A stretch of 64,000 bases of DNA. It comes from Marsupella aquatica. Taxonomy: Eukaryota > Plantae > Marchantiophyta. The stretch lies in the NCBI GenBank assembly GCA_973895155.1, contig OZ316891.1:23621899-23685898 (forward strand). The letters run 5' to 3'. Of this stretch, positions 28,201 to 40,922 are shown in pieces. Positions within the stretch are counted from its first letter, which is position 1; each line of letters starts with the position of its first letter. Under the pieces are notes generated by a model. The model ran no database searches. It was not told where the DNA came from and worked only from the letters and a program-made list of their open reading frames with translations. The position numbers were made by a program, and so were the translations under genes.

Positions 28201-30650
28201 GGAAGGTCTATATTTTAGGAGAGCAGCTGCATGCAATATTGCATGTCCCCATGCTGTAGGAGGAAGCTGTGTTTGCATGAGGAGTGGCCGAGCTATCATT
28301 TGTAGTCTTTTAATGAGAGATTCTGCTATGCCGTTCTGAAAATGAACGTGCGGTACCGAATATTGGGTTTCTATGCCGGCAGTCTCACAAAAATCATCGA
28401 ATGTTTTCGACGTGAACTCCCTGGCATTATCAACCCTGAGTGTCTTTATTGGATTGTCAGGGAACTGTAGCTTTAACTTGAGGATGTGTGATAAAATCCG
28501 TGGGAATACTAGGTTCCGGGTCGAGATCAGTGAAACTTGGGACCATTTTGATGAAGCATCAATAATGGCCAAGTAAAACCGGAATGGACCAGATGGCGGG
28601 TCAATCGGGCCACATACGTCAGCGTGAAGCCTTTCGAGGAATTTAGGAATGGAGTGAATTGTTTTAGATGTGGCTGGTCTGGTGATTAACTTTCCCTATG
28701 AACACGCAAGACAGGGGCTCTTCAGAGATGATGGGCGCACCCCTTGGGGTATGCCTATCGTATCCCGGATTATATTATGGTACATGTTGGTACCAGGGTG
28801 GCCTAGCCGATTGTGCCAGCGCTCTGTGGGAGTTGGAGGAACTATTTCTACATGTAATGCGTGTATGGTGGTGATGTATAACCCGGGAGGGTGGATAGGC
28901 AAGGTTTCACAGATTTTCATTCCAGGTGGAGAATGGTCAATAATGTGTAGGACTTCACCCTCATTGGTCTTGCTTGTATATATGTGAAAGTTGTTAGCTC
29001 TTATGTCTTGGAAACTAATTAAATTTCGTGTGGCTTTAGGTGCGTATATTGCCGAGGAGATGTTGATTACTGTGCCCTGGGGGAAACAAACTGATGCGGG
29101 GCCGTGCCCTTCCTCAATATGATTCTGTCCTGTGATGGTAGTTATGGCTCTGTGAGAAGCTATAATTGTTCGAAAAAAATGTCGATTTCTTAGGATGGAG
29201 TGGGAGGTCCCACTATCTACTATGCAATTAGATGGTGTTAATTTGCCTTGTGATTGTGCATCCATGTGAGCAACGTGGGTTTCTGGAAGGGGTGTATCAT
29301 GTGTATAAGCATGTATGTCTTCAGGAATTTCCATAAAATTGCCTTGTGCATCTTCTGTTTGCCTGTTTATACTTTCTTTATAGAGCTTGACCAAGTGTGC
29401 AGGAGCCCGACATTCTTTTTGTAAATGTCCTTTTGTACCGCATCGGAAACAAGAGGGTGTAATAAACTTATCTCTTGGTTGTGCTTGGTAGCCTCTTCCT
29501 CGATTCCGTCCGCCACCTCCGCGTTGATTCCAAGTGGGGTCTCGCTGGAATTCTTGGGATTGTTGTCGGAAGCTCCCACTGCCTCTGTATCCTTGGTAAG
29601 TTCCTCTTCCAAATGCACGTCCTCGGCTCCCCCTGAAGTTGCCATGTCTGCGCCCCCGGAATCTTGAGGCCATAAGATGAGTTTCTGGTCTGGCTGGAGG
29701 GGCTGCACTCCCTGGTGGTCTTGTTTTAGCATTGTTGAGCAGTATTATCTGATGCTTCTCAGCGAGGAGCATATGTGATATCAATTGAGAATACCGCGTG
29801 AAATTCATGTTTTGATATTGAGAGGCTAGAACTATGTTAGTTACATGAAAAGTGGACAGAGTCTTTTTGATCTGCTCTTCATCATCCACTGGATTACCGC
29901 AGACAGCTAATTGGGAGGTAATTCGGAACAGTTCACTGTTATAACTCGCAATTGTGCTGTAATCTTGTACTCGCAGGTTTATCCAATCGTGGCGGGCTGT
30001 CGGGAGTGATATGGTCCGCATATGATCGAAGCGTAATTGTAGTTCGTCCCATAGGACCCTTGGGTTGTAGTGATTGAGATATTGAGTCTTAAGCGGTTCA
30101 GCAAGATGGTGCCTGATTAGTATCAAGGCCTGAGCCTTCTGTTGTAATGTAGTACCTGCATCGGTTAAGGTTGTGTCTTGCAGGTCTTTAGATGCTAGAT
30201 GTGCCTCCACATCTAAAGACCAAGACAAGTAATTTGCGCCATCGATCGCGAGAGCTTTGAAATGTAATTTCTCCATGATTGATCAATGCTGCAATTGGAA
30301 GTTCCGATGCTGGCTAGCTTGTAATAAGGTTCTTTGATAATGCAATCGTTTATGGCTAAGGAGATGGTATCGTTCAAAACCTGATGGATTTCTCTCACCG
30401 AGTTCCAAGAATCAGTTCCAATCGAGGAATAGTGCTGCTGAAGTTTAACTGCGCGTCATCTGCCTCTATCTAAAAAAAAATTTGTCACACACATCAGCTC
30501 GTGCTGATAACGTGTTTCATTCAATGTATTCACCAACAATGATCACGCTTCTCTTAGGAGTGTAAGAATATATGGGTTACATTGATGGGCAGTTATGTAA
30601 CTGCCCTAACTCCTAATTGTCACTTAGAGTGTAATCTACATCTTATAACA
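25284..30650 (-). mobile_element. Full-length Ty1/Copia, Bianca-like, very recent
   Basis: Identical 138-bp LTRs 25284-25421 and 30513-30650; TSD CAAAT; PBS plus-strand cgtgctgataacg at 30500-30512; PPT AAGGGGGAG at 25422-25430. Confidence 0.97.
25656..30276 (-). pseudogene. gag-pol: Copia gag-pol (one stop at ~28696, frameshift at ~26250)
   Basis: CFRCGTKGHLQKEC, VDSG, integrase core, YVDD, ADAGYLSDP, ADLFTK. Confidence 0.95.
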
Positions 30651-30952
30651 CAAATCTTATTGTAAATGTTTGTATGCTTGCCCAAGAAAGGAGGGGGGTG
30701 GTGACAGCACTCACCTGGTGGGCATGAGTTGTAGATGGTAGGACCAGTCCCTTGGACTTGATCAAAAATGGAGAGACCAGTCGGTAGACTTGATCAAAAA
30801 GTACACTTCCGGGAGCGGAATCAAACATACTCCTCCTTAGGTGTGGAAATCCTCCAAATAGCGTCCCTCCATGACCCCGTAATACGATACCAACGATTTA
30901 AGCAAGGAAAAGTATGGTTTGCATGTATTAATCGTTGGATAGGCAAGTGACA

Positions 30953-31535
30953 CTTCAGCACCTCACATGGGATCAAATTAGTCCACCACAAGCGTGGATG
31001 ATGTGCACGAGAACCCACACGTGCAGCATCCAATAACACAGCAAGTCCAATCCAAGACCTCACCTGGTGAACACTGGCAACAATCCGACTATGATCATCA
31101 CCTAACAATGGCACATTCTCCAAAATGTATGCTGGAGACTGTGTCTGATGTAGCTGGAGATGACGCAGCACCCGTAACATCTCCCAAAACAATGCAGAGC
31201 GTGGATCATGAAGTCCATGCCCAATGCCAGCTCTAGATTGGCCCTGACATGGCCAACCAGCAATCACCAAATCAATGGGGCCAACACGATGTAGATGATC
31301 CGCCCCCAACAATGAAATATCAGCAGGTAGTGCATGTTGATAACCACAAACAACATCCACTGGCAGCAACTGTGGATATCTATCCACCAACATAGCCACA
31401 TGTTGCAATAAGACCCTCCGTGCTGTCTCATCTGTCTCCACATACAAATAACGACGCACAGGAATTCATGCCTGAAGAATAGCAGCCAATCCAGTGCTAA
31501 TCCCACCAAAAAGATCCAACAAACAAATACCCTCC
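30953..31535 (-). pseudogene. C5 cytosine methyltransferase, catalytic N-terminal half (motifs I, IV, VI, VIII)
   Basis: LLDLFGGIS (I), DLVIAGWPCQGQS (IV), YILENV (VI), RAHHPRLWW (VIII); one in-frame stop at 31466. Confidence 0.92.
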
Positions 31536-32746
31536 GGTGGATATTGCCAAGCAATAGGAGTGGTATCCAATGGTGAAAGAGTCACAGGTCCATCTGCAAG
31601 AGACTGCTCTGCTCCTGACTGTGGTGTAAAAGCATGACGCCATGCATCATGTACCAATCGTGTTGCTGCCTGTGGCAAGGCTTGTGCAGTGCCCCACACT
31701 GGTGGCACAACACTGCCAACAGGTAATCCTCGCATGATGTGCTCCTCATGAGACTCCTCCAATGGTGGAACATCGGCTGCATGCGCATTACCTTCAATCA
31801 AATCATCAGGTCCAGCAATTACACCACTGAATGCTGCCAAAGACAATGGTGTGGATTTAGGGCCTCCCATAGGTCCACTAAATCTCACTGGAAACTTTCT
31901 CAATCGAGCATCTCCTGACTGCCAATCAGGTCTATATGATACTAATTCCTCCCAAAAATCAAGAATAAATCCCATGGGGTAGAGCATTGTACATCCCACC
32001 AACACATCATATGACTTTGCCTTAGTTAGAATAGCTCGCGCCTGTATCTGTGAGCTATCTGTGGTATGACCTTTCTGAATCCTCAAATCAAGTGGTCTCC
32101 TGGTGATATGCTGTGTAGGTGTAGGTCCCCCCAATGAAGTCTGAATGGGAAAGGGACAATCCTCCAAATCCTCTGGACGCAATCTCAATCCATGTATGGC
32201 AGACTTCCCCAACATCAAGGGCTGAGCACCAATATCCAGTAACACTCTCTCTGGCTGGTATACTGCTCCAGAAGGCCCAACTAATCGGAAGATACCACTC
32301 CGATTATCCAATGACACAACACTAGGTTTAAACCTAGTCCTCTCAAATGCAGGGCATGCTGGTAAATCCACCAACCTTGCTGCTGCTGCATGCCATGTCT
32401 CACTAGTAGCAGTAGGTGGTATGGTCTTCACTGCTTCAACACTGCAAGCTGCTTCTACATGGGAAGCAACAACTGGAGTGTCCTCACAAAGTGTAGCTGC
32501 CAATCTAAATACTTCTGCAGGACCAACTCCCAAGTTCAGCATGTCTGTCGCTGAAAATAATGGGGCGCGTACCATGGCAATAGCCGCCCCCAGCAAGGTA
32601 CCTGTCATCCCTGCTGCATCACTACCTGATTCTGCCAACTTACCCACATCAGGGTTTGTCCGAACAGGGTTCATAGAGGCAGTGTGAACTGTCTCTGACA
32701 ATGTAAAAGACTGAGGAAGCTTTGTCTGCCGACGTGCATCCCCCCT
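31536..32746 (-). CDS. Aspartic protease and linker of the DNMT-Gypsy polyprotein
   Basis: VLLDIGAQPLMLG and YDVLVG motifs; in frame with both Gag and the DNMT. Confidence 0.75.
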
Positions 32747-34384
32747 CTATGGATCTAGCTCCACTACTGCTCCTTGGGGCTCAAGAGCTTTGGCTACCCC
32801 ACGTGTTAAAGTTGCTGATGCATCAATATGTGCAGTGCCAGACATGAATCCCATGGTGGCAAGATCTCCATCAGCTCCATAAGATGTGGAAGGACCATGG
32901 GATGTGGAAGGTCCATAGGATGTAGATGCCCCATCACCAGAAGTAGGTCTCACTTGGGAACTAGCCATGGCAACTAGTTGTTGCTCCAATTGAGCAATCT
33001 TAGCATCCTTTGGATCTATGGTTACAGCAGGGGCAGCATTACCTCCCTGTCTCCCTGCATGTGGCATGCCACGACCACGTCCACCCCCTCTACCTCCTCC
33101 TCCTCTTCCCTGATCATGTGTACGGGATCCTCCTCTCCGTAACTCAGGATGGAGTGAGAAACACCTATCCTTGGTGTGTCCAGGAGATCCACAGTGATCA
33201 CACTGTCGCTGATCAGGCGCTGATGCTCCCCCTGATCCTCTATGATCTGGACAATATCTCCGTGCATGATCCCCACCACAGGTCCAACATCCTGACTGCT
33301 GTCCAGCATAAGAGGGCACAGGTCTCTGGCTGGTAGACTCTCGTGCAGTAGGCTTCTCCCTCTGGCTCTTCCATGCAGTAGGCTGTGGTGTGGATGTAGA
33401 TGCAGCCTTTGGTGCTTCCTTGGTAAATCCAGAAGTCACCACCTTCTCATTCACCATATTGAGCTCAATGCGCTCAGAAAGGGTGAAAACAACTGCTAAT
33501 GTGGGATCTGCATCCCTAAGCAGAGTGACATCTCTCACTCTGCGTCGCAATTCTCTATCCAAAATTGCATACCAAAACTGGACTGCTTGAGCCTCTATCA
33601 CTCCCTTGGTGACAGTGATCAATCTGTGCATACGAGTGTATGCCTCACGTAGACTCTCTCCAGTCTTGCGGTGGAACTCCTGGAGACCCTTCAACTTATC
33701 AGTTCTCACACCCTGATAGTTCTGCTTCAGTACCTCAAAGAATTCCACCACAGGATTAAATGCTGGCGCAACTCCAGTTCCTGTCACAATCACACCGGCA
33801 GGAGTAGCGGTGGATGCTGTTGGAGTGCTGCTGGTGGATGGTGTGCCACTCTGGCTAGTGCTGCTAGAAGAGGCAACAGCTGTGGCAATGGGTTGGGCAG
33901 CCGCACTAGTGCCATAGGTGATGGACACGTAATTAGGTGACCAATGCTGCCTCCATGCCTCAATCTCAACCAAATGAGCCTTCCGAAACTCATGGTTGTC
34001 ATCCATGGGTGGCCCCTCCAAATGCTGAAATAATCCCTTCCATGCCATGAAAGGGGTAAACAACGTGGCGTTATGCAATGTCTGCATATCGCACCACGTA
34101 TCAAACTCCTGGATGAAGTCATCCAGATCAATTGTGCCAACTGCACCAGAGTATCGTCGTGGGCCCTTTGTAGCCCCGTACATCTCGTCCATATCCCACA
34201 ACAAAGGTGCAACCACCTGATGACGAGGAGAACTGGTCACTGAGTCCTCATCAGAATCACTGTCTGAAGCTGCACTGTTGACTGCTACCAATGCCGTTGG
34301 CCGAAACTGTGCCCCACTCTGAGTGAAACCGGTCCGTCGTCCATTGGGTAATCCAGCAGCACCAGAAGAATCCGTGGTGACCAA
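32747..34384 (-). CDS. gag: Gag with two CCHC zinc knuckles
   Basis: GESLREAY capsid motif, CWTCGGDHARRYC, CDHCGSPGHTKDRC; the TAG at 32747 is in frame with downstream pol. Confidence 0.9.
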   Translation of the reverse strand: MVTTDSSGAAGLPNGRRTGFTQSGAQFRPTALVAVNSAASDSDSDEDSVTSSPRHQVVAPLLWDMDEMYGATKGPRRYSGAVGTIDLDDFIQEFDTWCDMQTLHNATLFTPFMAWKGLFQHLEGPPMDDNHEFRKAHLVEIEAWRQHWSPNYVSITYGTSAAAQPIATAVASSSSTSQSGTPSTSSTPTASTATPAGVIVTGTGVAPAFNPVVEFFEVLKQNYQGVRTDKLKGLQEFHRKTGESLREAYTRMHRLITVTKGVIEAQAVQFWYAILDRELRRRVRDVTLLRDADPTLAVVFTLSERIELNMVNEKVVTSGFTKEAPKAASTSTPQPTAWKSQREKPTARESTSQRPVPSYAGQQSGCWTCGGDHARRYCPDHRGSGGASAPDQRQCDHCGSPGHTKDRCFSLHPELRRGGSRTHDQGRGGGGRGGGRGRGMPHAGRQGGNAAPAVTIDPKDAKIAQLEQQLVAMASSQVRPTSGDGASTSYGPSTSHGPSTSYGADGDLATMGFMSGTAHIDASATLTRGVAKALEPQGAVVELDP

Positions 34385-34676
34385 CCCTAACCTAATCTAT
34401 GTGCTAACCCTAAGGGCAATCTATCCCTGTCAGCACCACAAGCACTCACCATGGTGTGTTGGGCATCACTCCAACATCACCGGGAGAGAAATACGCAGCA
34501 CAACTAGAATGTCCGGTTGCAAACCCGGATCATTCTTATGGAATCAAATGCCCACACCAAACTAACATGGCGCATAAATAGGAAACATGTGTGAAGAGGA
34601 TCCAGAAACAAGAATGGATACCATTATCAGCCTATTCTTTAAAAGTGTATTTTCTTTTGTTCACAAATCAGTCCTG

Positions 34677-34756
34677 AAATGTACACTTTTATGTCCCCAA
34701 ATGTACACTTTAAGAAGCCCAAATGTACACTTTTTGATACCTAAATGTACACTTTA
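34677..34756 (+). repeat. Left subterminal AAATGTACACTTT repeats
   Basis: Four copies. Confidence 0.85.
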
Positions 34757-35014
34757 TAGGCCAAATCTTATTAGTATTATATTAATATATTATATTATAT
34801 TAATTATAATAGTATTATATTACTTATTAGTTCACAAAGAACCATGGGATAGAGATCATACTTGTAAAAACATTTACACACAAAGAAGCCTAGGCAAGGA
34901 CCATTGATTGATAATGTGTGAAATAATTATATACAATTGTGTCCAAACTTACGATGAATATCCAGGGCTGGCACCCATTTTTACTATCTAATGGGCTTAA
35001 CATGAGTCAGATCT

Positions 35015-36060
35015 CTAAACAAAGTGCTCCTTACAATATTTATTTGAGCACGTGCCCTTGTCTCCTTTACTATCTACCCTAATGTCACGGTTGCAACTCC
35101 CTTTATCTTCAGGGAGATGAAATTTGGTGGTGTTGTTCCTAACTACTATAATCTCCCGCAAAAAGTGTCTGGGATTTTCTCTATACAGACCTGAATATTC
35201 CCGTCCTACAAATGATCTAGCAAGTGAGGTGACAAGTGCATCGTCAAGTTCCACCTCAGGACGTAAGCTACATATACGGTGCTTCACAGCCCAAGGAATC
35301 TCATTGCTATTGAGGTCCAGCACACTATGCCTATACTGTGACTTCCAAATTTTTGCTGCACATCTCTTACTAAGTTGATCATAAGTAATCTCATTTTTTG
35401 CCTTGTCTCTCTTAATGTGCAATAGAGACCACTTTGGAGAGTTTAGGAGAAGATAACAACGAATGTCACTTGCATGTGACAGTTTCTCAAGACATGGCCA
35501 AAGAATTGTTAGAAGAAAATTGTCTCCACGATTGGCATGCGTGTAGGGCACTGGAAATAGTCCGGTCATGTCTAGGTTGGCAAATGCCTTCAAGGGGGAG
35601 TCATCCACAAGGAGTGTGTTGGTTTCATCATATAGATTTCCAAATGCACTCCATACCACCCAAAAATCCTTCAATAGCACATTTGCCTTTCCATTTGTAA
35701 TGTCACGCCTTTGAATGCCTGTGTCAAAGGCTTCCACCTGTGTGAATACAAACTTCAGTTTCAACCGCTCCTCAACAGTGAACATCATGTTCAACATTTT
35801 CACTGTCCGCGGCATCCCAGCACATGTCCAAATTGCAACGTCAAACCGGTCAAAAACCAACTTTAGAAACTCATGGAACCCTGGCCTCTCTGTATACATG
35901 CGACTAGTTCCATTTGATCTATCCCAATGCACTCCATTTGGGGTCACAATGTTTCTGGATTTGCCCTTGCTTTGGAATTCAAGTGAATCCCAAAGTATTT
36001 TGTTAAGATCCAAAATCAGCAACTTCCGCTTGATGGGACAAGGTCTCGATTCTGCAAGTG
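35015..36060 (-). CDS. NIF/FCP1-like HAD phosphatase-domain protein (last exon; 5' end uncertain)
   Basis: LLILDLNKIL, RPGFHEFL...FDVAIWT, TLLVDDSPLK; acceptor ttgcag near 36053. Confidence 0.75.
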
Positions 36061-36287
36061 CAACAAATACAACTCTTAGAAAGAAAACCAAATTTGAACT
36101 TTGGACTGAGACAATCTCAGTCCAAAAATACAAGACAATGACTAACAACAAAGAAAACCTACATACCATTTTTAGAAGCCCCAAAGAGCGTAGGTGGATA
36201 TCGAGGCTCTAATTGCTGACCGCATTCTGTGAGACCGAGAAGTATTTTAGATTGGTATGAAAAAATGGAAAGTCAGACGGTTTGATC

Positions 36288-39200
36288 TCAGTCTGAAAAA
36301 AGAGATCCGTATTCATCAATAATGTCAACACCCAGCTCCTCTTGGATTTCAAAGTTGACATCTGAAGTACTTTGTTCTACCCAATAAGGTGACGTCCAAA
36401 CAGGAGTTATCAATCCCAATTCTCCTCTCTTATACTCCTTCCTGTTAAGAATCGATGGAGCAGCATCCAATGAAACTTCTTGGCCTCTATTTGGCCCACT
36501 TTTCCACACATAACATCGTGCATCACGTTCAAGTGACCTCCATCCGCTTGATCCAACTCTATTCCCTTTTTTCTTTGAGAAAGGAAGGACAACTGGACTT
36601 CCCGAGTGTGAACGAACAAAAACCAATTTGTCATCAGAAGCTGAAAAGAGTGTGTTAGGACAAATTGAAGCACCTGCCTGGTTGTCAATAGTCGCTGATG
36701 CACGGGCTTTTGGGGTCATGGGAATCTCACGTACTTCGATAGCCGTCCCGGGAATCAAATTTTGGGTGTCAGCTTCATTCGAATTGACCTGTCTGTCTCC
36801 ACCGTCCACGACCAAATTGGTTGACGAATGATTTTCAAATGTATCAATGTCAATTGGATCACCAATTCCGTCCGTTTCTCGTTGCACCACATTTGGATTG
36901 AGACCATCCTTGTCCAAGTTGTCATCAACCTCAACTTCATAGGGTTCCAAAGGGACGTCATCTGCACCTGATGAAGGGCGTGGTGCAAGACCAATGTTAT
37001 CATCAACATCGTAGGGTTCTATGCTTTCACTTTGACCTACACGGTCATCCAAATTCTTTGCATACGCCACCTCTGATTCCCCATCATCTTTGACTGACTT
37101 AGTGCTCACTTCTTCGGAATTATCAGCTGATTCATGTTTGGCAGAAACATCCGCAATAGTGGGTTTCCAATGCCTAGAACTCCCACCACGAGGATCCCAA
37201 TTTTCCTTGATTGAGGGGACCCTCTCGCAAAGGAATGAAGCATACGCTTCCACAAAGTGTCTCTCATCTTGAGAGTCACAATAAACAAAGCATTCGCGTT
37301 GCACCAAGAATGATGTCTTCATCACTTGACCACCCGAGAAAAAATCAAGAATCAAGTCTCCAGCTTCTGACAAGGATTCAATAATCCTCTGTATCATCCG
37401 CGTGGGTTTGGCATGTGGATTCACCCAACCACCACGAGCACCAACTATCTCAATCAAGGGGCCATGTGCAAAACCTTGGTCGCCTCTTCTGGGGTCAGCA
37501 TCATTTTTAGATCTTCGGGTTTTGACACGTCGTCTGTGTCAACCTTTGCCTTCCCAGTGTCAATCTTGGTGACCTCAAAATCAGTATCTTTTGAACCAAA
37601 AAAGAATTTTGGCTTTGGGTGATTGGGTTTGAAAACATCATTCCAATTGACATTTTCATCTCGAGAAATTCCTGCAAATATAACTTCTTTAATTCCGCCT
37701 CCCCAACACGAATCAAGCGGGTGTGGTTGATCCTCTCGAGAATAACTCCCATACTCAATGTGAATCGTGAGAGATTTCTCTTGTCCCAATTTTCGAAGTG
37801 AGCTTAGGACATTCATTGCAAGAGGCCCCGGATGAACAGTTATGGCTACAACGATTGTAAGATTTTGTGGTAGCTCCACAATGTATTGCAGAAAGACCAA
37901 AACTTCTACTTCCGTCCATAGCTTCTGGTGATCTTGACTGAAGTCAACAATGGCAAGTGAGCACGTTGGAGATGATTCTTCTATTGCTGGTGGATCAACT
38001 GTTTTCATTAGATTGTCACTAAAGAACGTGACCCACGGTTGGCTCCGAGAATGTGTCCCTCCGCCAAACTTCTGGCAATAAATGTCATCAAGGCGCATCA
38101 CCAGAGCTATTGGCAAGATTGCACTCTCCCTAGTATGATTTGGCTTCAACAGATTTGACAAAAAAACTTCACCAGCCGCTCTTCTGCATCTACTGAATTC
38201 TGCGTCAACACTCAACAATGGCAGAACCTCTACAACTTTCTTCCAGACGGTATCCAAAGGGAAATTCCTTGGATCCTTGCCAAAGTAGTACTCTTCAATG
38301 AGAGACTTGAGCTTCCTCACTTTTTTCACATCCTTCGCAAGCTCCTCTATTGAGGGTATGTCAGATTTATTAGTGGCATCTTTCTTCAGCAATGCCTTTC
38401 TTGACTTCACTTGTGTCAGGATTTTTGTGATGTCTTTCTGTGAGATCAACTCACCATCAAAGGGACGAAACATGGCAACGGTAATTGCTTTTTCGGACTT
38501 GTTATTTCCTTCCATCCCAGCTCCATTAGGAAGTTTCCCATGCAACCACATCTCACAGACTAACCGCCACAACTCAAAAAGATCATTGTCCGCAAAAAGT
38601 AGCCAGTATACATTTCGCAAGTCCTTCCTGCCCATAGTCATTCTTGCCAGAGCCAACCAATCCTACAATCCAAAAGGAAAGCTAGTCAGTTATCCCCAAC
38701 TCAAGGGTTGGAAAAAAAGGATTCTAATGTGCGATAATAGTTTTGGATTCGGATGGTCTCAATCAAAAACAAAACTCGTACTAAACATTCCAAAAGTTCC
38801 AATACTCTTTGACAAATTGTGTCGGACTGAGACCATCCGAATCCAAAATAGAATTACTCTCTATGGTAGAGAAATGCATACAAAGTAATCACATTTCTTA
38901 CCTGAAATTTTTGGTTGTCTTGAGCATTTGTTTTGTTGTCGCCATGTTTTGGTTTGTCTGGATTTCCACATTCAACAAACTGCCGCCTCGCATGGACAAC
39001 TGTATCTTTAAAGCAAGACTGAAACACCATCGTGCTATTGATGGCGTTCGATCTCATGGAGTGCTCAACAAGAATTGAAGACGGTGTGCGATTAGACAAT
39101 ATTCTGGATTTCCTGAATTCTAACTTCTTGGCCAACTGGGTGAGCTTGGCATCCTTCGTTGCCCAATCACGAATCCATCTCGCAGTTCTCGCAGAGTGCT

Positions 39201-40499
39201 GACCACTAACTGCTAGAAATTGGACCTCGCCCTTTTTCACTCTGGCCAAAAAATCCTTCCGGTCCGACTCCGTATTCTCAAAGTGGAGTACCTTTCTTCG
39301 CTCGACGTTAAAAGGAATCAAATCAGCGACATGTGGCTCATGCCCAGGTGTTTTGATCATGGAATCAACAATGTCTTGCACATGATCAAAATTCATCATC
39401 CGATAGCATAGTCTCGCTGGTGCGGCAAAAATACTTTCAACTGGGATCAGAAAAATTTCGTTTATCCCAAAAGTATAGTACTGCTCCATTTGTTGAAGAA
39501 CTTCATTCCCTTCTAAGACGTCTTTCTCCTCTAGAGCATGTGGCCTATCACCCTCATCTTCAGCATGTAATGAAAAATCTACAGGAGTTGAATTCACAAC
39601 TCCGGTGTTGGTTTTTTGTTTCTTCTTCTCCCTCGACTTCTTCTCGGCTGGAAGCTTCTTCTTCTCGGCTGGAGCCGTGATCTTCTTCTCAACTGAAGTA
39701 GGTTTCTCAACCGGAAGCTTCTTCTCCCTCTACTTCCGCTTCCCTGCCGCTCTATCCATGGTTGTTGCTGCAGTAGTTTGTGCTGTCTCCGTCGTAGTTG
39801 CTGGAGTTCCTTTGGCTGGCGTAGACTCAATTATGTTCTGTGGTTGTGTACTTTTCCTCAACTTCACCAAAGACTCTACCCATAGATTTGCTTTTTCCAG
39901 GTCAAGCGTGTGTGCAAAGGTTAGTGCCTTGGTGATCCAAACATTTGAGTCTGGTGACACCAGACCTGCTTTCTGAAGCAAATTGTTAAGAGTCCATGTG
40001 GATGGAAGAGAGAACTTTGATGGGTTGTTTACAATGTTGAGTTTCAAATAAAGAAACCCATAAAAAATGTCCAAAGGAAGCATTCCCTTCAGTCCTCCAA
40101 TAATCTTCTCCTTTGTGTAGGATTTTGGAAAGAATCCCATCGACAACACACTTAATTCCCCACTTGCATACCATTCCACATTGAACTCGGCCGAGAAAGC
40201 CTTTGACGGGAGCTGCAACTTTGCCCACCTCATCGTGTCCGACACCTCTACAATGATAGAATTCATTCCTCTTCCTATCATTCCCACAGAGACCACGGGT
40301 CCGATGACCAATGTTTGGTTGTTGCCTGTCCTGATCTTGACACATAACACTGGATCCTGAATGTTAAATGAATTCAGGCGGAAGTTTACTCGCAAGAACT
40401 CAAGTCCCCACTGAAATCCTGGATCGCGGTCCTCCAAAATGAACCCATCGTCGCAGTCTGCCTCTGAAATGGCGAGAGTTGTATTCACCAGATCACTCT
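36288..40499 (-). pseudogene. Multidomain gene: ParB/Srx-like domain plus degenerate beta-class N4/N6 DNA methyltransferase-like domain (intron ~38662-38901, one stop, one frameshift)
   Basis: IPVESI...R...HVQDIVDSM...AVSGQHS (ParB-like); HAKPTRMIQRIIESLSEAGDLILDFFSGG (N6_N4 MTase C-terminal motif); GT-AG intron; in-frame stop at 39730; frameshift near 37457. Confidence 0.6.
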
Positions 40500-40586
40500 C
40501 TGCATTGGAGAGTGAAAATTCATATTAGACTTTAAATCCATGAAATTTGTTTTAAGAAATCACTGTCAAAGTGAGATTGAGGGCTC

Positions 40587-40922
40587 TTGGATTCGGACCA
40601 TCCAAATCCAATACAAGAAGCCCACTTGGATTCGGATGGTCCGAATCCAAACAACCCACTTGGATTCGGATGGTCCGAATCCAAACAACCCTCTTAGATT
40701 CAGACCATCCGAATCCAATCAAGCCACTTGGATTCGGACCATCCGAATCCAAACAACCCACTTGGATTCGGATGGTCCGAATCCAAACAACCCTCTTGGA
40801 TTCGGACCATCCGAATCCAATCAAGCCACTTGGATTCGGACCATCCGAATCCAATCAACCCACTTGGATTCGGATGGTCCGAATCCAAACAACCCTCTTG
40901 GATTCGGACCATCCGAATCCAA
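40587..40922. repeat. Array of 10 palindromic 25-mers TTGGATTCGGA-(CCA/TGG)-TCCGAATCCAA, mostly 34-bp period
   Basis: Units at 40587, 40626, 40660, 40694, 40728, 40762, 40796, 40830, 40864 and 40898. Confidence 0.95.

Larger units (their letters stand above)
14405..30952 (+). mobile_element. Giant solo LTR family 1 (about 4.1 kb of its own sequence) containing an ORF and two direct nested inserts
   Basis: TGTGAC...GTGACA termini, TSD CTTCA (14400-14404/30953-30957); no gag/pol and no internal terminal repeats. Confidence 0.75.

Noticed and set aside
30821-31459. Stand-alone host or bacterial DNMT gene
   Set aside because: It is in frame with Gag-PR and continues toward RT; the ORF's last ~40 aa come from the inserted LTR.
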